From Vulcanisaeta sp. AZ3 (lineage in GTDB: Archaea > Thermoproteota > Thermoprotei > Thermoproteales > Thermocladiaceae): a DNA stretch of 22,723 nt. The stretch's first letter is position 1. Every line of letters begins with the position of its first letter. The notes under the pieces are model-generated. The model saw only the letters and a program-made list of their open reading frames with translations, made no database searches and was not told the origin of the DNA. Below, piece after piece: positions 9,049 through 17,218 of this stretch. Both the position numbers and the translations under genes were made by a program. Location: contig JZWU02000025.1 in assembly GCA_000960865.2 (NCBI GenBank), positions 1 to 22,723 of the forward strand, read 5' to 3'.

Positions 9049-9603
9049 TCATAACATCCTCAGTATTAACTCATTGATGGCAATACCCCTATATCCTAAA
9101 TCTCCACCCTCATTGTAGCCCTTTTTAATGCTCTTAAGCCCACCTGAGGGTGGGTGGAGTCTGAAGAATGGCTTAAGCCTTGGTATGCAGAGTACCCTAC
9201 TGCCTGACCTAGGCCATGGTTTGTCCTCAGGGCATGCTAATTGATTAACTTCACCAGTTATGTATGCTAGGGCAAAGTCCTCTATGCTTGACCAACCGTA
9301 CTTCTTAATCCAATCATCTGTTAGGGGTTTATCACCAACAAGCTTACCCCTGCTCCTTAGTAATGCTGCTAATGTGTCTGCATCTATCTCACCCCAGGTC
9401 ACCCAGTCTTTAACAATATTAAGCATGCCCAGGTATGATGGTCTCTCATCAATCACAACACATACGTATTTCCTCCTAAGTCTAAGCAGGTCTAGGGTTC
9501 TCTCCATGTCCGGCGATGTGTCGACAGTGCCTCTAAGCCTAATTACCGCCAACCTCGTGTACGGCATAGTCTCATTCTTCTGAAGACTTCTTTGAATCTG
9601 CAT
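9049..9603 (-). CDS. rpl30: 50S ribosomal protein uL30
   Basis: Motifs [32 protein letters not shown] and INELILRM. Start is 9603 by TATA spacing; 9567 is an alternative. Confidence 0.95.
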   Translation of the reverse strand: MQIQRSLQKNETMPYTRLAVIRLRGTVDTSPDMERTLDLLRLRRKYVCVVIDERPSYLGMLNIVKDWVTWGEIDADTLAALLRSRGKLVGDKPLTDDWIKKYGWSSIEDFALAYITGEVNQLACPEDKPWPRSGSRVLCIPRLKPFFRLHPPSGGLKSIKKGYNEGGDLGYRGIAINELILRML

Positions 9604-9652
9604 AATCAACGGACCATAAGGCCAGGATTTATTAAGCTTTAGCCCTCTGGGA

Positions 9653-10264
9653 TTAGATTGAGAATGCGTATGTTTTCTTTAATGCCTCATATGTAGCCTT
9701 GACTAGGTTATGTGTTGTCCTTGTTTCACCCCAGGTGTATGACCAGACATCCTTAATACCGGCTAGCCTAAGCACTATCTTTGCTGCATCAGCGGCTACT
9801 AAACCGACACCTTTAGGTGCTGGTATTAGCATTACACTAACACTACCACTCTTCCCAATCACCTTAAAGGGTACACTGTGTGGTTCATCGCAGGAACAGT
9901 GCCAGGAACCACAGCCTCTCCTCACTGGGATTATACTGAGCTTTGCATCTCTAATTGCCTTCTCAATGGCTTGGTTAACCTGCCTACCCTTACCCATCCC
10001 TATACCTACATAGCCGTCTTCATTACCTACAACTACAGCAACTTGGAATTGACTAACCTCACCAGCATCGGTCTGTCTCTGGACGATGCTTATACTTGCA
10101 ACCTCATGCTTGAGGTTAGGCAGGAAGAAGTCTATTATTTCGGGTTCCTTAATGGGTAAGTTGAGCCTAAATATATCATCAATTGACTTAATCTTACCCT
10201 CCTTAATCATCCTACCAATCCATGTCTTAGGCTGCCAAGACTCAATAATCGATTCAGAGCTCAT
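9653..10264 (-). CDS. rps5: 30S ribosomal protein uS5
   Basis: Motifs [28 protein letters not shown] and [12 protein letters not shown]. Start set at ATG 10264. Confidence 0.97.
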   Translation of the reverse strand: MSSESIIESWQPKTWIGRMIKEGKIKSIDDIFRLNLPIKEPEIIDFFLPNLKHEVASISIVQRQTDAGEVSQFQVAVVVGNEDGYVGIGMGKGRQVNQAIEKAIRDAKLSIIPVRRGCGSWHCSCDEPHSVPFKVIGKSGSVSVMLIPAPKGVGLVAADAAKIVLRLAGIKDVWSYTWGETRTTHNLVKATYEALKKTYAFSI

Positions 10265-10353
10265 TGTTAGAGCCGTAACAAGGCAATTTAAAAACATTAC
10301 ACCGGCATTGGTTATTTGGTAATGCTTAAAGAGTTATTTATGGCGTATTCTTG

Positions 10354-10854
10354 ATGTCGCAGCAGATAAGGTTTGAGGTCATAGATGTACCAATACCGGA
10401 GGGTACAAATGTGATTGTTGGCCATAGTCACTTCATAAAGACTTTAGAGGACCTATACGAGGCTCTCATAAACTCAGTACCAGGGATTAGATTCGGATTG
10501 GCCTTTTGTGAGGCCTCGGGCAAGAGATTAGTTAGACATGAGGGTAATGATGAGGAGCTTAGGAAATTAGCTATAGATGTATGTAGGAGGATTGGTGCTG
10601 GACACACCTTCGTAATTTACTTAAGGAATGCATGGCCTATCAATGTACTTAATGCCATAAGGAATGTGGTTGAGGTTGTGAACATACACGCAGCAACTGC
10701 AAATCCCCTCTCGATAATTGTTGCTGAGGTAGCGCCGGAACGTAGGGGTGTTGTGGGTGTTGTTGATGGTCATTCACCACTTGGTGTTGAGGGTGATGAG
10801 GATATTAAGGAGCGTAGGGAGTTAGTTAGGAGGTTTGGTTATAAGCTTGGTTAG
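10354..10854 (+). CDS. Adenosine-specific kinase family protein (DUF355)
   Basis: Motifs [47 protein letters not shown] and FGYK. Confidence 0.9.
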   Translation: MSQQIRFEVIDVPIPEGTNVIVGHSHFIKTLEDLYEALINSVPGIRFGLAFCEASGKRLVRHEGNDEELRKLAIDVCRRIGAGHTFVIYLRNAWPINVLNAIRNVVEVVNIHAATANPLSIIVAEVAPERRGVVGVVDGHSPLGVEGDEDIKERRELVRRFGYKLG

Positions 10855-11308
10855 GGCATTGGGACTTAGCTTCATTAACTATGGAAGCAAGCCTTTCTCT
10901 AAAACTTTCTAACTCTTTCATTAATTCCTTCATAACTTCATCGGTGAGTTTGCTCGGTTCTGCATCTGAGGGTAGGGACTTGAGTATGTTGTCCATGAAC
11001 TCCCTAATGTCGGGTGGGAGTAGTGGGTATGTGTTTATTAATCGCTTAGCAATTTCATTTGGCCCTTGAAGCCTAATTAACTCCCTAATGAAGTACCTAA
11101 TTCTACTCTCTGTATTGTAATACTCATCAAGTAGATCAAGTAGAAAATCAAGACTTAGGTTCACTGAACACTCCCTATGGTGTGTATCCACGAACCTCAG
11201 CAATGTGAGTATTTGTTTAATTCCACGTTCACCAACTGCATGTCTAAACCATCTCTTACTAATGAGCTCAGCCACGTATTCCCTAGCCTCGCTAACCTCA
11301 TTAATCAC
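10826..11308 (-). CDS. Hypothetical alpha-helical protein
   Basis: 160-aa ORF with host-like codon usage and no recognised motif. It overlaps the convergent gene by 29 nt. Confidence 0.7.
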   Translation of the reverse strand: MINEVSEAREYVAELISKRWFRHAVGERGIKQILTLLRFVDTHHRECSVNLSLDFLLDLLDEYYNTESRIRYFIRELIRLQGPNEIAKRLINTYPLLPPDIREFMDNILKSLPSDAEPSKLTDEVMKELMKELESFRERLASIVNEAKSQCPNQAYNQTS

Positions 11309-11338
11309 TCGGATGAGGAATTATGCTTAGTTAAATAT

Positions 11339-11956
11339 CTAACCATGACTTAGCATCTCAGAGAGAGCCATGTGAGTGCCCTGGGTTAGGGCGTAGTTAA
11401 GGAAATCTCTAATACCGTCGGGATAACCCTCACTTCTCAATCCTTGACACATACCAATTATCATTAAGAGAGTTATCACTGTAAGTAACGTAATTATGAC
11501 ATTACCGAAGAAACCGAAGGCAATACCATTCCTATACTCAACATCGTCGACATAGCTCTTAAGCTCATTATACACTACCATGTACACTTTATGCTCCACC
11601 TTAATAGGATTCAAAAAGGTGGGTTTAACTCCACCCTCCTCATTACCATATAAAGTCTTAAGAAGGAATGCCTCAGCCACCATACCTGCTGCATCAATTA
11701 CATCATCACCATCACCAAAGGACGCTATGAGAACATTAAACACATCCCTCAGGAAGTCAGCCCTAAATACCCTAGATAATGAAGCAACTAGAGAGAGTCT
11801 AACGCCGTTGTCCCTCCTCATCGTCGAAGCGATGCCATAAACAATCACGGAGACTACGGAATAACTAATTTTAATAACCTCATTAACGATATTACCTCCA
11901 ATCCCTCCGCCAACCATTGACTTAATGAAATCCTCAATTACTGAATTATTACTCAT
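11339..11956 (-). CDS. Hypothetical protein with a possible C-proximal hydrophobic helix
   Basis: The ORF track start at 12121 lies inside the SRP RNA. The likely start is ATG 11956 (TTTATTT about 24 nt upstream) or ATG 11998. No recognised motif. Confidence 0.7.
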   Translation of the reverse strand: MSNNSVIEDFIKSMVGGGIGGNIVNEVIKISYSVVSVIVYGIASTMRRDNGVRLSLVASLSRVFRADFLRDVFNVLIASFGDGDDVIDAAGMVAEAFLLKTLYGNEEGGVKPTFLNPIKVEHKVYMVVYNELKSYVDDVEYRNGIAFGFFGNVIITLLTVITLLMIIGMCQGLRSEGYPDGIRDFLNYALTQGTHMALSEMLSHG

Positions 11957-12039
11957 TAAATAATTGGTACTGAGTATGGAAATAAACCTACCGCCCATAA
12001 CCAGAAAAGACTTATTTTTAAATCCTAAATAAGAAATTA

Positions 12040-12362
12040 GGGACCAGGCCCGGGGAGCCTTGCCCAGCTCCTCCCTGGGTTTAGCGCCCAGGCCGATGGG
12101 TTCGGGGGCCGAAACCCGCATATCGACTCACGCACTAGGCCAGGGGACGTCGGTACCTCAATGAAGACCGGTCTCCTGGGGCGTCCATGCCGTAGTCGAT
12201 CAGCCGTAGGGCTGGTTGGCTACGGAACCCGGCGAACCGGGTTAGGCCCGGGAGGGAGCGGCCCTAAGTCGGGGTGGACGCGTTCAGGGGGGTTGCCGGT
12301 TAGAGAATGGGCCGGTGAAACCCCTGGTCTAGCGTGTGGGTTGATATGCGGGGTTGGGTCCC
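12040..12362 (+). ncRNA. ffs: Archaeal signal recognition particle (7S) RNA
   Basis: GC-rich 323-nt island. Terminal helix GGGACC/GGTCCC, long helix 5 (CCCGCATATCGACTCACGC...GCGTGTGGGTTGATATGCGGG), helix 6 at 12190-12225 with GUAG (GNAR) loop, and helix 8 TAGGCCC-GGGA-GGGAGCG at the SRP54 site. BRE/TATA-like GAAAAGACTTATTT lies upstream. Confidence 0.95.
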
Positions 12363-12373
12363 GTGAATACCTT

Positions 12374-13684
12374 TTACGTAAATTCCTCAATCTCATACTT
12401 GGATGCCTCGTGATCCATCAGTGTTTTTGCTCTTATCTTTAGTTCCTCCTCCACGTCTATTCCGTACATCTTTTCAATAATCTTTAGCCTCTGGCTCTTT
12501 CCTATATCTACATCTCCTGAACTTGTAGCTATACTCTTGAACTCGATATGCCCATTACTCATTGCAGGTTCTACCATGTCCATAACCATCCTCTTACCAT
12601 TTCTTATTGTTGTAAATACCACGGCGGATAATAACTGTAAGTTACCACTGCTCACATTCAATGGTGGGCTTGTTAGCCTTACCATTAATTCCTCTGGTGT
12701 TGAGGCGTGGAAAGTGGTTAACATTCCGTGGCCTAGGGCAGATGCTTGAAACATAGCATGTACCTCCTCGCCTCTAACCTCACCAACTATTATGTAGTCA
12801 GGCCTATACCTAACGGCTAGCTTTATTAGGTCAAACATGCCTATCCTTGCCTTATCATCATCGCTCTCCCTAGTGAACATCCTAACCCAATGAGGTTGAG
12901 GTATTCGTATTTCAGGCGTATCTTCAATAGTAATTATCTTTGAGTAATTCGGTAACTTCCCAGCTATGGCGCTGAGTAGTGTTGTTTTCCCACTACTCAT
13001 AGGGCCGCTAATCATTATGAAGCCCTTGAACTCAGCTAATAGCCATAGATAAGCAGCCGCGCTCGGCCTAAGCATGCCTCTCCTTACCAACTCCTCGAGA
13101 GACATTGGATTAGGTGGGAACTTCCTAATGCTAAAGGTTGGTCCTATCGTTATTTCACCAATAGTTCCAGTAAACCTATGACCCTCAGGCAATATTGTCT
13201 CTAGGTACGGCCTTAGAAGGGAGACCGACCTTGGTAGACCTCTCCTACTAATGCTCATTATGAAGTCCTTAACCTCTACCTCGGAGCTGAACTTTATGTT
13301 AGTAATTAATCTAATGCCAGGAAGATCCCTATGCACTACAGTCACTGGATAGGACCAATTGTTGAGTTCTATTTCCTCAATATTTGGATCCGAGAGAGGC
13401 ACAGTTATCGGCCCATAACCCTTAAGATCACGCAGTACATTGTATAATAGGGATTCCACGATCTGCCTATTATTAATACCTTGAAGAATAGTATTAATAG
13501 CATCAAGAATAGGCAATCCCCTTTGCCGCATTAGGTCAATAACCCTGGCTTTAAGCATAAGGCATTCATCATTACACTCTGGTTCCTTAACTAGATAATA
13601 ATACACGTCACCCTTTTCCACAATCGAGACCGATACTTTGAATAAAAATCCCTCCATATGTATTGGCACAGTATAATTACTCAT
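12374..13684 (-). CDS. Type IV pilus/type II-IV secretion assembly ATPase (TadA/VirB11/ArlI family)
   Basis: Motifs GYGPITVPLSDPNIEEI, FSIRKF, Walker A GPMSSGKTT, Asp box TIEDTPEI, RPDYIIVGEVRG and His box GHGMLTTFHA. TATA TTATAA lies about 24 nt upstream. Confidence 0.95.
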   Translation of the reverse strand: MSNYTVPIHMEGFLFKVSVSIVEKGDVYYYLVKEPECNDECLMLKARVIDLMRQRGLPILDAINTILQGINNRQIVESLLYNVLRDLKGYGPITVPLSDPNIEEIELNNWSYPVTVVHRDLPGIRLITNIKFSSEVEVKDFIMSISRRGLPRSVSLLRPYLETILPEGHRFTGTIGEITIGPTFSIRKFPPNPMSLEELVRRGMLRPSAAAYLWLLAEFKGFIMISGPMSSGKTTLLSAIAGKLPNYSKIITIEDTPEIRIPQPHWVRMFTRESDDDKARIGMFDLIKLAVRYRPDYIIVGEVRGEEVHAMFQASALGHGMLTTFHASTPEELMVRLTSPPLNVSSGNLQLLSAVVFTTIRNGKRMVMDMVEPAMSNGHIEFKSIATSSGDVDIGKSQRLKIIEKMYGIDVEEELKIRAKTLMDHEASKYEIEEFT

Positions 13685-13786
13685 CAATCATTAGGTTCCC
13701 AATGAAGATTATAAGCCACTGACAAGGAAAAGTCGTCAAAGGATGTAGATAATTTTAGTTGTGAGCCTTAAGGTTTAAAGTATGGC

Positions 13787-14236
13787 TTATTGGGCTATGG
13801 CTATGCCTTCTGCAGCCACCACCTGGCCGTTAGTTGTGCCCCCCTCGATAACGATTACGTATTTATCGCCTGTTATGAACGGGGTTGCTGATGTACCGAT
13901 TATGCTTGTTGACTCTCCTGGATTTAATTTAGCATTTAATGATTGTGTTGCTATTGGCGTTTGGGAATTTTGTGGATATATGGCTATTGACGTTATGGTT
14001 ATTGGCATTGTACCCATATTTTGTACAGTCACTGAATATACATTACTAGCCAGTTGGGAATTCACTATAGTTAGTTGAGCCTGTGCTGTTAATATTGATG
14101 CTCTTGATTGGAAGTAGTTATAAAGCATTATCGCTGCCACTATTACGAAGACTATCATTAATATCGTGTAGATTGGACCACTCAAGTCACCTCTCTTTTC
14201 TCTTCCTATTTTTCTTGTATTATTTTTGTAATACAT
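13787..14236 (-). CDS. Archaeal type IV pilin with class III signal peptide
   Basis: Basic leader ...REKRG/DLS followed by the hydrophobic helix PIYTILMIVFVIVAAIMLY. The beta-rich globular domain has VTVQNMGT and LNPGES. Confidence 0.85.
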   Translation of the reverse strand: MYYKNNTRKIGREKRGDLSGPIYTILMIVFVIVAAIMLYNYFQSRASILTAQAQLTIVNSQLASNVYSVTVQNMGTMPITITSIAIYPQNSQTPIATQSLNAKLNPGESTSIIGTSATPFITGDKYVIVIEGGTTNGQVVAAEGIAIAQ

Positions 14237-14284
14237 CAATGAATTATCCTTAGGATAGTATTTAAGGCAGTAATGGTTAGAATA

Positions 14285-14716
14285 TTATGGGATAACATAG
14301 TTCGTAGTATTCACGGTATAGACCATGCACAGCGTAGTGTTTACAATACAAAAAATAACACTAACACGGCATTGAGTATAAGGTATCGTGTTGTGAAGTA
14401 AAACATAATTGCCAGGGCTTAAATAAGTATCGTTAATAGGTAACACCATCCTACCTGAGTTATGCCACAAAGTCACACTCTTTAAATACACTGGTACATA
14501 ACCATTATTATATATCACAATATATAATTGATTGCTTGTACCATTGCTTACTATCACAGCATCAGGTATAGAAATACTCGCGCTGCTTAACCTCTCAACA
14601 TTATTCATTAGACTCATAGCCAAGTCCACGTGCCCTAGAACCATAAATAGTGTATAACCTAAGAATAATGAGGCCACTAGGAGTACTACCTCAGCTATTA
14701 ATCTATCAAGTGCCAT
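14285..14716 (-). CDS. Pilin-like/ArlG-like accessory membrane protein
   Basis: N-terminal helix LIAEVVLLVASLFLGY without a basic leader, IVIYNNG and LSPG motifs typical of archaeal pilin domains, four N-x-T sequons, and a position next to the pilin and ATPase. Confidence 0.7.
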   Translation of the reverse strand: MALDRLIAEVVLLVASLFLGYTLFMVLGHVDLAMSLMNNVERLSSASISIPDAVIVSNGTSNQLYIVIYNNGYVPVYLKSVTLWHNSGRMVLPINDTYLSPGNYVLLHNTIPYTQCRVSVIFCIVNTTLCMVYTVNTTNYVIP

Positions 14717-14776
14717 ATCGATATTAAAGACTCACCATGATTAATAAGGTACTTCATGGAATTTATGGATGATTAA

Positions 14777-15223
14777 TTATTCATGCAATTCCTTGATTAT
14801 ATACGTTAGCGTATCAAGCATTCCCTTAGGCGTATATCCTCTCTTTGTCCTCTTAAACCTCAATTTTTGATCTCCATATATTATCCTAATGCTCTTCCCG
14901 GTGATCTTCACAGATACTGTCTTCATTAGGTCCACGTAAGGCTCATATACAAACCTTTTACCATTATATAAATACCTACCTAGAAATGTATAGTAGTTTG
15001 TGCCAGTGATCTTAATAATCTTACTAATTATTGGCGAAAATGCAAATAACAATTTTTCAATTTCTTCATCATTAAGCCTAATATATTTGGTACCTTTAAT
15101 TAATGCTGCAAACCTAATGCCATTCATGGCTTGAGCCACGAATAGCCCCTTCGGACCAGAAATACTTAACGCCCTAATTCCATGACCCTTAGTGAAGGAC
15201 ATTAGGCCGGTTATTATCGTCAT
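14777..15223 (-). CDS. Hypothetical basic, beta-rich protein
   Basis: 148-aa K/R/Y/F-rich ORF. Its start is 1 nt after the stop of the zinc-finger gene. Confidence 0.75.
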   Translation of the reverse strand: MTIITGLMSFTKGHGIRALSISGPKGLFVAQAMNGIRFAALIKGTKYIRLNDEEIEKLLFAFSPIISKIIKITGTNYYTFLGRYLYNGKRFVYEPYVDLMKTVSVKITGKSIRIIYGDQKLRFKRTKRGYTPKGMLDTLTYIIKELHE

Positions 15224-15224
15224 G

Positions 15225-15398
15225 TTACTTAGCCTCTAGCGTTGTTCCATCTGCTGGACACTTGTAGAAGGATTTCTTGGCGCATGCTGGGCAGTAAAGT
15301 GCGTGGCATTTAGGGCATGCATAGTAATCATCATACTTAAAAATCTTCTTACCACACCTCCAACACCTACCTACCATCAGTGTTTTTTGAACGTACAC
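15225..15398 (-). CDS. Small RING-like double zinc-finger protein (C7D)
   Basis: CWRC-x12-CPKC-x4-CPAC-x7-CPAD. Start is uncertain: GTG 15398 fits TATA TTTAATA at 15426-15420, and ATG 15377 or GTG 15419 are alternatives. Confidence 0.8.
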   Translation of the reverse strand: MYVQKTLMVGRCWRCGKKIFKYDDYYACPKCHALYCPACAKKSFYKCPADGTTLEAK

Positions 15399-15650
15399 AA
15401 CAACGATAGTTCTAGGCACTATTAAAGCCTTATGCTGCTGACTTCCTTCCTGTTGGAGCTCTTTCTATCGATTTGTGCTTGATATTTCTCATGAGAATAG
15501 CCGAGGGATACAAGAAGCCCTTACCATTTAGTAGAGGTGGGATACCCTTAATGCCCGGAGGCTCTTAAACTCACCTAAATCATAACCCTTAACCATTAAT
15601 TCAAAACTCTCCCTATAGCCCTCAACCTTAAAGAACGAGCCTTTCATTTA

Positions 15651-17185
15651 TTATAATAATGGTCCAGTGACCATGACCATTAATGCCAATGTTAGTGGTA
15701 CGGGTATTATGAACCTCAGTGTTGGGTTTATTGTTAGGTTGCTAAGTAGTGATGTAATTATTGATATTGAGAGACTTATTATGAATGCAGTTAGTAGTAA
15801 TGGTAATAAGACCGTATTAATGCTTGGTATTACAAGACCAGCTATGGTATATGGTGCATTACTGATTATTGAATTTAACATATTTATTATAAACTTATTA
15901 ACATAAGTAATACCTGCAAATATAAAAGGCAATGAATAATTAAGTATTCGCAGTGACCCGGCATTATCATTAATGCCTAAAATAAAGTCCTTAGATCAAG
16001 GAATACTTGAACTAACCTATCAAGTGCCCTTGACGGTGAACCTATGTTCGATATCTCCCTCAAAATACCAATTGCATATTTAATGATCCAGGGTCCATTA
16101 ACCTCAACATTGTTGAACTGCGTAATCCTACGCACATAACTGATGAGCATTCCTGGATAGTTATTCCCCAGGACTCTCTCAAGGGCTGCACCAATTCCTA
16201 TACCTGCCTTAACCATCTCAGCTACATCGCGTGTTAAGTCAGGTAATGAGAGGATTGAGTTTCGAGTATCATTGATCTCCTTCGTTACTAGGATTGAAAA
16301 TAACGTGGGTGGTAATGCCAGGAATAATACGCCGTAAACCCCAAGATATAGAATTGCTAATACCGTGAAGATTGATGATAATGCAAGAATTAGGAAGATC
16401 CGCCTATCATGCCTAATACTCACCCTAATTATGTGGGGTATTGATTGATAAACTCTGAGTATGATTGCGGGAAGCATCAATGCCACAGCTGGCAATATGT
16501 AGAGTAGTGCATTGCCCATTCCAAGTATTGTCGTCACTATTATGAAGAGCATGAGAATTATTATTGAGGATATTACAGCCAACACAATATCGATTATCTG
16601 CTTAGACAGTGCAGACAACCTACTGTTAAGCATGGTTAAGTATGAACTTTCCACGTCCCTCACATAAGCCGTAACATCACCACTATAGCCCCAAACAGAC
16701 ACATATCCATTAATGAACCTTTGAAACTCGGGGCTTGGGTGAACCCTAGCTCTTAATTGCATGGCCTTAGTTATAGAACCAGTTGTTGAAGCGTACCTAC
16801 TTATTATAGACCACTCCCTACCTATCCATTTAAGACCAATCCTATCACTTACTTCAAAGGCCTGTACTATATTACCCCCAATATCATGAACCACATCGAG
16901 CAACACTAGAAAGAAGGGTAACTCCCACTCGACATAACTCCTTACGGAATCCACGGAATAGGCAGCCCAAGCCATAATCAGTAGTGTAGGAATTATCGGT
17001 ATTGACGCTAAGATCAGTGTCAGTATTAAGGACCTTGTTAATATATACATTATTATTGGCATTGCTATTAATATGTACGTTAACACCTCAACATATAGGG
17101 ATAATTTCTCGATATTCCATAAATAACCACCGGCAATGGCCCTTTTACTTAGGTAATTACTTAAGGCCTCACTTAATGATTTCAC
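15651..17185 (-). pseudogene. TadC/ArlJ-like (T2SS-F) pilus platform membrane protein, frameshifted near 15980 (true lesion or sequencing error)
   Basis: Two T2SSF-like repeats (ELPFFLVLL...; SLPDLTRDVAEMVKAGIGIGAAL). The first frame stops at 15979-15977. A second frame is open from about 15995 to 15651 (ILGINDNAGSLRILNYSLPFIFAG...) and supplies the missing TM helices. The span is 1535 nt, so one extra base gives a 511-aa protein. Confidence 0.8.
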
Positions 17186-17218
17186 GTTAGTAATACTCAG
17201 TGTAATTTAAAAGGTGCT

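Noticed and set aside
12040-12362. Possible permuted, circularised SRP RNA as known in Thermoproteus tenax
   Set aside because: Domain order is canonical (Alu, helix 5, helices 6-8, helix 5') and the 5' and 3' ends pair as helix 1.
11999-12442. ORF 12161..12442 (+) and the N-terminal extension of ORF 11339..12121 (-)
   Set aside because: Both overlap the GC-rich SRP RNA, where stop codons are scarce. The G/R/P-rich translations are artefacts.
13702-13764. Second C/D-like pattern (ATGAAGA...CTGA...ATGTAGA...GTGA)
   Set aside because: C' and D boxes are degenerate, the spacer is long, the guides are AT-rich, and the first guide coincides with the TATA box of the ATPase gene on the other strand.
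15975-15990. Programmed -1 ribosomal frameshift in the TadC-like gene
   Set aside because: The sequence T TTA TTT does not fit an X XXY YYZ slippery heptamer, and no obvious stimulatory structure follows.
12374-17185. Archaellum operon
   Set aside because: No recognisable archaellin (ArlB), ArlH ATPase or ArlX is present. The locus fits a pilus better.
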